From Promethearchaeota archaeon (GTDB lineage: Archaea > Asgardarchaeota > Lokiarchaeia > Sigyniarchaeales > SOKP01), in assembly GCA_018238625.1 (NCBI GenBank), contig JABCSY010000098.1, forward strand, positions 1 through 15,567: 15,567 bases of DNA, written 5' to 3'. Position numbers and translations under genes: made by a program. Numbering within the stretch: the first letter of the stretch is position 1; every line of letters begins with the position of its first letter. The notes beneath the pieces were generated by a model. The model was not told where the DNA came from and searched no databases. It saw only the letters and a program-made list of their open reading frames with translations. Below, piece by piece: positions 7,902-15,567 of this stretch.

Positions 7902-8765
7902 ATGTCGGAAGAATATGAAAGAGATGACGAAGATGAATATAGACCACGTGGTCCTCCTCCATCAATCCCTCCACCAACTATAACTCCACCACCGATAGCT
8001 CCCCTAACGCCACAACCTCCGCCCGCCCCCTCGTTTGAAGCACCCATTTATCAGCCGGAACCTACTATTCCTAGTGGTCCTTCACAGGCAGATTATAACA
8101 TGATAATGACTCAAGTTCAAGAGAAAGACAGAACGCTCAATGAATTACAAAATCAAGTAAATGAAGCTAATGCTCAATACGCTAATTTAAATGCGCAATT
8201 CTTAGATAAAGATAATCAAGTAAGACAATTAACTGGCCAAGTTCAATCTCTTCAAACATCAATGGAAAGCTTTCAGAATCAAATTACACAGTTAAATAAT
8301 GAGAAGGCTCAACTACAAGCTCACATTCCTCAATTACAAAATCAACTTCAACAAGTTCAACAAGAAAATATGACCCTACAACAACAAATTGGCCCATTAC
8401 AAGCCCAAATCAACAAATTACATGAAGAAGTCAATTATAAAGAAAAAAGAATTCAGGAATTGAAGGAGCCCAAAGCTGTTATGCCATCAAGTTTATCTCA
8501 AGGGATTACTTCACAAACTCCATCATACAGTAGCAGCCCTTCTTTTGGACTTCCAGCCGATTCTACGCCAATTTCAACCCCCGCCCCAGCACCAACGCCT
8601 AGTATAAGTCCGGGACTTGGATCTGGAAGGCGAATTTGCCCTAATTGTGGAGCTACTGGATTTGCAATTAAGGAGGTTGAGGATAAATCAAAAATAATAA
8701 GTTACATCCCTAAACCGATTTTTGCAAAGAAATCTATCTGCACCAAATGTGGTTTTGAATTTTAA
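7902..8765 (+). CDS. Proline-rich, coiled-coil, C-terminal Zn-ribbon protein
   Basis: Acidic N-terminus, Pro-rich segment (aa ~14-60), Gln/Asn-rich heptad region (aa ~65-190), Ser/Pro linker and CPNCG...CTKCGFEF at the C-terminus. Confidence 0.85.
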   Translation: MSEEYERDDEDEYRPRGPPPSIPPPTITPPPIAPLTPQPPPAPSFEAPIYQPEPTIPSGPSQADYNMIMTQVQEKDRTLNELQNQVNEANAQYANLNAQFLDKDNQVRQLTGQVQSLQTSMESFQNQITQLNNEKAQLQAHIPQLQNQLQQVQQENMTLQQQIGPLQAQINKLHEEVNYKEKRIQELKEPKAVMPSSLSQGITSQTPSYSSSPSFGLPADSTPISTPAPAPTPSISPGLGSGRRICPNCGATGFAIKEVEDKSKIISYIPKPIFAKKSICTKCGFEF

Positions 8766-8795
8766 ATTATTTTATTTTTCAACTTTTTTATTTGA
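8766..8795 (+). terminator. Putative archaeal oligo-T terminator
   Basis: Several T4-T6 tracts directly after the stop at 8765 (ATTATTTTATTTTTCAACTTTTTTATTTG). Confidence 0.4.
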
Positions 8796-8950
8796 ATTTA
8801 AACAAAATCTACATTCAATATTTTCGATTATTTGGTTTTATTAATCAATATTTCATATAATTTTGAATTATTAGGAAAATTATTTATATCATTATTTTAA
8901 TTAATATTGCAAACTTAATATAGAAAAGTTAAGGGTAAAATAGAGTAAGT

Positions 8951-11900
8951 ATGTCAGAATTTCGTGAGGATTTATTAGCTTCTACCATAAATAAAAAACG
9001 ACTAGTTAAAATCATTTTTACAGCTGTTTTATTGGTAACCTCATTTGCATTTTCAGTCTTCTTGTTTAGCCTTCTCTGGGGGACCCAAAGACCCCTTCCA
9101 AGCGACCGCTTGTCCGAAGCAGAAGATGAAGATGTAATATTAATGCTTCCTCCTTTCCCTTATAATATGTCAGATTTTCAAGATCAATTTTCAGACCTTA
9201 ATTTAACCCAAGACCAATTACAAGACCTATTAGACGCATTACAAGATATGTTTGATGGAGATATTGACGATTTAGATTTAGGTAATTACTCCCAAACTCT
9301 TGCCTCTCTTATGTTTTCTGAAGTTGAGGTATTTAGATTATATGACTATAACGATTTTAACGAAATGACAACAAAATTATGGAAATATGAATGTTTTGAC
9401 GAATATACCGGTGATGGGTGGCATTCAACTGCAGCTAAACAGCCGCATGATTTTTATTCTGATAGTGATTATTTATCATACCATTCTGATAAAGATATTA
9501 TTAAACTTAAGATGCCATTATCTCCTACTGTTGGCATAAACTCAATGGTAATTCCAAACTTATTCCCGACACCATTTATAATGAATGGAAGTCTCATGGC
9601 AAAAAATATGGATAATTTATCTACAATGCTATATCAGGATAACTTTAACTGCACAACAGTTGACTTGCCCTTCTATGATAGTGGTGATGTGAATATGAGT
9701 TATGAATTGTTTGGATTAAATTTACCTACGAATGATCAAATCAATTCTTCTGCGATACATGCTAGTTATACTCCTTTATCGATTCAAAATATATTCCTAC
9801 AATTACCACCAAGCATTCAAGTTTATCTCGCAAATAATCCTTTTGTGTATAACGACTATCTAGCTCTAAATAATTCAATTTTACCAAATGATAGTGCTTT
9901 TATTGTTGCTAATAAAATAAGAAATTATTTGCAATATCAGTTCACATTACCTTCAGATCTTTCGAGTTATACCACCGCGCCTCAAGGAAGAGATGTTGTC
10001 GACTATTTTTCTGAAACTCGAGAAGGCTTATGGTCGGAATTTGCTTCAGCATTTTGTGTTTTTAACAGAATTTTTGGAGTAGCAAGCCGCTTCGTTGATG
10101 GTTTTAATAGTCTTGGTATAGAGGAAATGTTAGAAAATGGACAAAACACAACTGCGATTAAATATAAGAATATGTATAACTGGGCTGAGATATTCATTCC
10201 AACTGATATTAGTGGTAATGGCCAATGGGTTCAAATGGATGTTCTTTTTGACGGCTACGGAGTAGGAGGAAACCCTTGGAGTCCTGAAAATTATTCAATT
10301 ACTGTAATTACTAATTTTACTGAGGGATTTCGAAGTAATCAGGATGCTTTAATAACAGCCACTTTATCTCAATATGGTGCCCCGTTAGAAGGAGAAACGA
10401 TAACTTTTATTGATCTTACAACAGAAGATATTTTGGGTTATGCAACTACAGATTTCAATGGAAATACCTCGATAACGATTCCAATTGATAACAATCAAGT
10501 TGTTGGTCCTCACTATATTGGTGCTTCTTATAATCCTCAAACATTTAATTATACTAGTTATGATATTTATGGAAATGTTCAAGTTCAATTAACTAATATC
10601 AGTCCTCAAAGTGTTAATCTTTCTATTAGCACATTCACAAATATTCAAGGATATGTCGTAGATCCCTTAAATAACATACGAGTGAGGAATGCTCAAATTG
10701 AACTTGTATTATTAAATAAAGGAACTAATACCAGAGTTCTTCCCACCTTCATTCCTAATTTTTGGGTTACTGGTCCGAATGGCGATTTTGATATGGGAGT
10801 GGATGTAGATCTTTTATTATCGCCCGGAGAATGTGAAGTGAGAGTCGATTTTAACAGCACTTTTTTCGACCTTATTAATTTTTCGCCTTTCAGTTTACCC
10901 CTCGTAAGTAGCTCTTCAAGTAATAGAATAGATTTTAATGTGACTAAAGGTATTGTTAAAAAAGTATGGTTTTATATCAACAACATTCCATCGGATATCC
11001 CAGATTCTCCCGTTGTAAATAGATTATCGACAGTTGTTCTAAAGGCTAAAGTCGTAAACGAAACTAATTATCCATTAGCTAATCAAGATGTTATCTTTTA
11101 CGATTACACGAGAGGCATTCAAATAGGCTCGAATACGACGAATGTTAATGGAATAACAACTCTTAACTATCCTATTGGGACTTCTAGTACCACAGGCCCG
11201 AATCTATTATATGCTAAAATAGGAATTGAAGAAAATTATACTTATTTTATATTAAATGAAGAACCAACAATTAACATTTTATCTGGGCCAACACCTCGAG
11301 AAATTAATCGTACAGGTGCAGGAGCCAGTAATACTATTTTTAATATGGAAGGAGAAATTTTAGATAAAACAAACAATAATCCTATTAAATATTCTGAATT
11401 AAATTTAAAACTATTAAAAGGGGGAACGGATTACTCTACATATTTAATGCCAAGTAGTACGATATGGACAGATTTTAACGGATATTTTAATTTTAATTTT
11501 GAAGTTGCATCAAATACACCAACAGGAAATTATACCTTAAGACTTGATTTTAATGGAACTATTGATTATAATTTGCATCCCGTATATCCCACCTTATTTA
11601 ATTTACCTTACATTAATACATCCTCAACTTTAGCAAATGAATTAAAAGTAACTACTCTTACTACCTTGTTATTTAATTTTTGGATAAATGATACAACTTT
11701 TGACGATTATTATCAACCTGTAATTAATAGAAATGGAAACATAAATTTGTCTGTTTATTTAGAGTGGGGTGATCCTCTTGACAATGAAGATATCGATTTT
11801 TATGATCTCACTCAAGATATCTTTCTTGGAACCGTTCAAACAAATAATGGGAGAGCTTCACTAATTTATAATACAAACGCTTCAACGGTCGCGGGACCTC

Positions 11901-13384
11901 ATTTAATATATGCGAAATGGGGATCGAATTATAATTATTCATACTTCACTCTGAATGATAACATAACTCTTGATGTTCAAGTTGGACCCAGTCCTAATCA
12001 AATTAACAGGGGTGGAGAAACATTTACGCTTCAAGGTACTATAAGTGATGCTTCAAATGGCAAACCAATAAAATTTACTGAAATTTATATTGCATTATTT
12101 GATGATACAATGACAGATGTTTCCTATTATTTATCTTCTAATTGGTTCCAATTGGATGATACTGGCACATTCGATCTTACTTTGTCTGTCGATAGTGGGA
12201 CTCCTGCTATAAATTTTACAATTAATGTAGGATTTTATGGAGTGTTCATTTATTCATTTCCTAATAATCAGTTTAATGAATTTAATTTTTATTTTGACAT
12301 ATTAACTTACAGTAATTTTACTAGTAATGATAATGGAAACTTCGAATTGAAGGTAATCGATCCAGATGATATTACCATTCAATTCTGGGTTGATGATAAT
12401 CCAGCTTTATCGTTTTACAACATTGATAATCTGCCAGAAAGGTATAATCCAGGAGAATTCATTAATTTTTCGGTATATGTTACACAGAGTGGAAGTCCTG
12501 TAAGTGATGGAACCGTAACACTTACCGATGTTTATATTAATTCCCAGATTGGATCACATCCATTTGAACTTGTTGATAATGGGAGATGGGATTTTGTAAT
12601 CAATTCAAGTTCTTGGCATGCCGGTTTACATAAAATAAAAATTCAATGGTCAACATTCCCGGCATATAACACGACTTTCGTGATAATTAACGAAACAATA
12701 AATATCTCAGCATTTTCCAATATTCCTAAAATCCAAAGAAGTGTCGATACTTTTAACATATATGGTTCTGTTCAAGATGGAACTACCAATTTGAATGGAT
12801 TGGATATCAAAATTTTACTATTTGACTCTAGTATGAATGATGTCTCTTATCATTTGAATTTAGCAGGAAGTCAAACAATTAATGTATTTGACGGGAGTTA
12901 TCAATTTGATGTGAATTCAATTTCAATTAATTGTCCTCAAGGACAATATTACTTTAGGATTGATTTTAATGGAACAATTAGTCAACCAGGAATATATGTT
13001 ACCAATTATCTGATTAATAGAAGTAGCATACTCGTTCCAGTGAATATAACTGCAGGAACTTACATAGTTGGTAATTATGATACAACCTTTAAAGATGGAT
13101 TCTATCAAGGTGATGAGTTATATGCTTATGGTTATTTATATTGGGATAATGGATCTCTTATTACAGGAAGCAGGACTATTACCATTACTATCGAAGATGG
13201 GGGAATTATAAAAACTGAGACTGGTTCCACTGATGGTAGTGGATGGTTCAATATAACTGTTTCAATTGATACTATCTGGGAAGATTGGACTGAAATATGG
13301 GCAAATTTTTATCCCGAAGATAGTTTTACTGCACCAGCTAATTATTATATCGAATTTACAGAGATAGAATTATTTAGACCGTGA
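8951..13384 (+). CDS. Large membrane-anchored surface protein with a transglutaminase-like domain (catalytic residues substituted) and repeated beta-rich (Ig-like) units
   Basis: N-terminal basic stretch plus hydrophobic helix (aa ~15-44); LWKYECFDEYTGDGW resembles the YWR...FD.Y.G..W motif that precedes TgpA-type TGase domains; core P.GRDVVDYF..TREG-x-SEFASAF...RIFGVASRFVDGF...WAEIFIP...WVQMD; long beta-rich C-terminal region with many N-x-S/T sequons. Confidence 0.85.
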   Translation: MSEFREDLLASTINKKRLVKIIFTAVLLVTSFAFSVFLFSLLWGTQRPLPSDRLSEAEDEDVILMLPPFPYNMSDFQDQFSDLNLTQDQLQDLLDALQDMFDGDIDDLDLGNYSQTLASLMFSEVEVFRLYDYNDFNEMTTKLWKYECFDEYTGDGWHSTAAKQPHDFYSDSDYLSYHSDKDIIKLKMPLSPTVGINSMVIPNLFPTPFIMNGSLMAKNMDNLSTMLYQDNFNCTTVDLPFYDSGDVNMSYELFGLNLPTNDQINSSAIHASYTPLSIQNIFLQLPPSIQVYLANNPFVYNDYLALNNSILPNDSAFIVANKIRNYLQYQFTLPSDLSSYTTAPQGRDVVDYFSETREGLWSEFASAFCVFNRIFGVASRFVDGFNSLGIEEMLENGQNTTAIKYKNMYNWAEIFIPTDISGNGQWVQMDVLFDGYGVGGNPWSPENYSITVITNFTEGFRSNQDALITATLSQYGAPLEGETITFIDLTTEDILGYATTDFNGNTSITIPIDNNQVVGPHYIGASYNPQTFNYTSYDIYGNVQVQLTNISPQSVNLSISTFTNIQGYVVDPLNNIRVRNAQIELVLLNKGTNTRVLPTFIPNFWVTGPNGDFDMGVDVDLLLSPGECEVRVDFNSTFFDLINFSPFSLPLVSSSSSNRIDFNVTKGIVKKVWFYINNIPSDIPDSPVVNRLSTVVLKAKVVNETNYPLANQDVIFYDYTRGIQIGSNTTNVNGITTLNYPIGTSSTTGPNLLYAKIGIEENYTYFILNEEPTINILSGPTPREINRTGAGASNTIFNMEGEILDKTNNNPIKYSELNLKLLKGGTDYSTYLMPSSTIWTDFNGYFNFNFEVASNTPTGNYTLRLDFNGTIDYNLHPVYPTLFNLPYINTSSTLANELKVTTLTTLLFNFWINDTTFDDYYQPVINRNGNINLSVYLEWGDPLDNEDIDFYDLTQDIFLGTVQTNNGRASLIYNTNASTVAGPHLIYAKWGSNYNYSYFTLNDNITLDVQVGPSPNQINRGGETFTLQGTISDASNGKPIKFTEIYIALFDDTMTDVSYYLSSNWFQLDDTGTFDLTLSVDSGTPAINFTINVGFYGVFIYSFPNNQFNEFNFYFDILTYSNFTSNDNGNFELKVIDPDDITIQFWVDDNPALSFYNIDNLPERYNPGEFINFSVYVTQSGSPVSDGTVTLTDVYINSQIGSHPFELVDNGRWDFVINSSSWHAGLHKIKIQWSTFPAYNTTFVIINETINISAFSNIPKIQRSVDTFNIYGSVQDGTTNLNGLDIKILLFDSSMNDVSYHLNLAGSQTINVFDGSYQFDVNSISINCPQGQYYFRIDFNGTISQPGIYVTNYLINRSSILVPVNITAGTYIVGNYDTTFKDGFYQGDELYAYGYLYWDNGSLITGSRTITITIEDGGIIKTETGSTDGSGWFNITVSIDTIWEDWTEIWANFYPEDSFTAPANYYIEFTEIELFRP
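10280..13060 (+). repeat. Four diverged protein-level tandem repeats of about 230-243 aa
   Basis: Anchor motif VGPHYIGA / TGPNLLYA / AGPHLIYA / AGLHKIKI with Gly codons at 10505, 11195, 11894 and 12623. Second anchor VRVDFNST / LRLDFNGT / INVGFYGV / FRIDFNGT. Boundaries are approximate. Confidence 0.75.
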
Positions 13385-13400
13385 GAGGGATGATGAAATT

Positions 13401-14936
13401 TTGAAGTTCAATAAAAAAATACTGATTAGCTCATGTTTCTTGATTTCTATCTCAATTTTATTTTATATGAAATATCCCTCAGAATGTTCGAAATATAACC
13501 AAGAAGAACCTAAATCTTCTGGAATTTGGGCTACTTTAGATTTAACGAATCCAATAGGAATAAACAATACAAGACATCAAACTAATAGTGTCATTAATAT
13601 ACAAGGAAGGCTTTATAATCTCTTCAATGGAACTGGAAAACAAGGATATACTGTAATAATTTATATAGATGGAACTCCATACCATAGTTTCAATGATATT
13701 ACAAATGGAACTGGTGATTTTGATATTGGTTTCACTGTTGATCCTTTTCTTGACGTATTTACACCTCACAGGTTAGAAGTCATTGTTGATAATCCCATAC
13801 CTCCTGGAGATGTTGATTATATATCTTATTATAATATTTCCATAAGCACAACTTCTTATTTCGAATTATACGATCCTTCTGTACCAAAAATATTGGGTGA
13901 GAATTTAGAATTTGAAGGATACCTAAGATATGAAAATGGAAATGAAATTCCTTTCGAAACCTTAAATTATTATTGGTATGATGGACCTGATTTAGTTTAT
14001 TCTGATAATGCATTCACCAATTATGAGGGAGAAATTAATGATTTATATATTCCCGATTGGGTAGGTGATGATTTATCGTTAAAATTTAATTTTAGTAATA
14101 CTCCTTATATCAATTATTCTCAAGCTTTTATGTTAAATACAAAATTATTTACTAATATTTCATGCGATTGGAATCTTCCCGATCCGATAGCAGAAAATAG
14201 ACAATTTAGGATCCGGGGACAGGTACTTTCTTTAACCAATCCCAGTCTTTCTATTAGTTATCGCACAATTCGGATTTTATATAATTTAAGTACTATAGCT
14301 ACTGTAGATACAGATGTTAATGGAAATTTTGATTTTACTTATCAGCTATTAAATGGTATAGGATTAACTCATGTAAAAATTGAAATAGATGGTCCTTCAG
14401 GAATCCTTTCTACGAGTCAGTTTATAAATGTAGAAGCTGCACCACCTCCACCACCTCCACCTAATCCCGACGAGGTTCCATTTTTAGCTTTCTTTGCGGT
14501 ATTTTTCACTATCTTGGCAGTTGTCATTGGTGGATTAGCCGTTTATGGATATCGTTACTATAAAAAACAAGATAAGCTATCTAAAGTTGTAAATTTACCT
14601 CTTGAAAGCAAAATAATAAATCTGAAAATTCTTAAGGATACAGGAAGATTAGAAGAATCTCTGTCCTACCTGTTTAACGCAATTTATATGGATTTAATAA
14701 ATGCTAAGTTTGGAAGAACCCGAAGTGATAATGAAACTATAAGAGATTTTGCTATAATTTCTGTTAAAAATTTAAAGCTATCCCCAACCACAATTTATCC
14801 CTTTATACAAAAAGTTGAGGAAATTATTTACGCTAAACCGTTTCAAATTACAGACAATGAATTTTATAACGCAATTGATTTATTTTCACCTATATATTTC
14901 GAATTAACAGGTTACAATTTTGTATTAAATTTTTAA
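13401..14936 (+). CDS. Membrane protein: N-terminal signal/anchor, beta-rich ectodomain, poly-Pro stalk, TM helix and cytoplasmic DUF4129-like helical domain
   Basis: MKFNKKILISSCFLISISILF signal-like start; P7 linker (14442-14462); TM FLAFFAVFFTILAVVIGGLAVYGY followed by RYYKK; tail with R...ETIRDFA and VEEIIYA motifs resembling DUF4129 (T..E / E..RYG). The TTG start is uncertain. Confidence 0.8.
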   Translation: MKFNKKILISSCFLISISILFYMKYPSECSKYNQEEPKSSGIWATLDLTNPIGINNTRHQTNSVINIQGRLYNLFNGTGKQGYTVIIYIDGTPYHSFNDITNGTGDFDIGFTVDPFLDVFTPHRLEVIVDNPIPPGDVDYISYYNISISTTSYFELYDPSVPKILGENLEFEGYLRYENGNEIPFETLNYYWYDGPDLVYSDNAFTNYEGEINDLYIPDWVGDDLSLKFNFSNTPYINYSQAFMLNTKLFTNISCDWNLPDPIAENRQFRIRGQVLSLTNPSLSISYRTIRILYNLSTIATVDTDVNGNFDFTYQLLNGIGLTHVKIEIDGPSGILSTSQFINVEAAPPPPPPPNPDEVPFLAFFAVFFTILAVVIGGLAVYGYRYYKKQDKLSKVVNLPLESKIINLKILKDTGRLEESLSYLFNAIYMDLINAKFGRTRSDNETIRDFAIISVKNLKLSPTTIYPFIQKVEEIIYAKPFQITDNEFYNAIDLFSPIYFELTGYNFVLNF

Positions 14937-15040
14937 TAAATAGAAGTAAAAAATATATAAAAAAAAAAGTAGAAAAAAATTTAAAACCAAAAAAAATTAT
15001 GAATTAAATAATTTAAAAATTAACCAAATTGGTAAAGAAT

Positions 15041-15421
15041 ATGGCAAAAAAGAAAAAATCAAAAAAAGAGCAAGAACCTGAAGTAGATATCAAGCAAAAA
15101 TTTGAGAATGCAAAAGTACTAGTTGATACTAATAGGGCAAAAGAAGCAATAGCATATATCTACCTTATTTACAACGATATAATAACAATAAAATTCAAAA
15201 AACCGCGATTAGCTCACCAAACGATACGAGAGTATGCGATTAGATGTGTTACCGAGTTAGATCAAAAGCCAGAATCCATATACCCTTTTATTAAAAAAAT
15301 CGAGGATATTATATATGGTGGCGTAGAACCAACAAATAAAGAGCTAAATTTTACAGTTCAACTATTTTCAAATTTATACAACGATATAACAGGAAAGGCA
15401 TTGCCAACAGTAAGTTTTTAG
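15041..15421 (+). CDS. Stand-alone soluble DUF4129-like protein, paralog of the preceding gene's cytoplasmic tail
   Basis: Aligns by eye with the C-terminus of 13401-14936 (QTIREYAI vs ETIRDFAI; IYPFIKKIEDIIY vs IYPFIQKVEEIIY). ATG 15041 is preferred over TTG 15029. Confidence 0.85.
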   Translation: MAKKKKSKKEQEPEVDIKQKFENAKVLVDTNRAKEAIAYIYLIYNDIITIKFKKPRLAHQTIREYAIRCVTELDQKPESIYPFIKKIEDIIYGGVEPTNKELNFTVQLFSNLYNDITGKALPTVSF

Positions 15422-15478
15422 TAAAACACAACAGTATATTTCAAAATAAGTAAAAAAATACGCATTATAAATATTAAA

Positions 15479-15567
15479 ATGTCGAGTGTTGGAAAACCAT
15501 CAGGAAGTAATGTTACTTTTTCAAAGGGCATAATCATAGCGTTTTTCACGGTTTTTCTCGTAGTCTA
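15479..15567 (+). CDS. 5' end of a probable membrane or secreted protein (truncated by the window edge)
   Basis: ATG 15479 opens MSSVGKPSGSNVTFSKGIIIAFFTVFLVV..., which is open to the window end and enters a hydrophobic helix. Confidence 0.6.
   Translation, partial: MSSVGKPSGSNVTFSKGIIIAFFTVFLVV

Noticed and set aside
3693-14013. Short minus-strand ORFs 3693-3884, 4653-4859, 7817-8047, 10003-10197, 10385-10588, 12923-13108, 13542-13769 and 13780-14013
   Set aside because: All overlap long plus-strand genes. The Gly-rich 7817-8047 ORF is simply the reverse complement of the poly-Pro codons.
14442-14462. CCA/CCT microsatellite
   Set aside because: It is explained by the seven-proline stalk before the TM helix, and the codons are mixed.
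14937-15028. A-rich low-complexity intergenic stretch as an ncRNA or repeat
   Set aside because: It contains only A tracts, with no periodicity or pairing potential.

Overview
AT-rich, gene-dense, intron-free prokaryotic window that most likely comes from an Asgard archaeon (Lokiarchaeia-like). This is inferred from a Rab-like small GTPase lacking a prenylation tail, archaeal BRE/TATA-like promoters and sequon-rich surface proteins. From left to right it holds: the 3' part of a rubrerythrin, a convergent VIT1/CCC1 iron transporter, a Zn-dependent MDR dehydrogenase, a Rab-like GTPase, an unexplained coupled two-gene cassette, an HDAC-family deacetylase, a Pro-rich/coiled-coil/Zn-ribbon protein and a cell-surface cluster. 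The cassette encodes a 204-aa helical protein and a 925-aa apparently chimeric protein (Zn-binding N-terminal module, HTH-like middle, Zn finger, two tandem HNH nuclease domains). The surface cluster encodes a giant transglutaminase-like protein that has lost its catalytic Cys and His, a single-pass protein with a DUF4129-like tail, a stand-alone soluble paralog of that tail, and the start of another membrane protein. The best candidates for undescribed systems are the 3119-6507 cassette and the 8951-15567 surface cluster. No rRNA, tRNA, CRISPR array or transposase was recognised. All family calls come from motif recognition by eye, not database searches.
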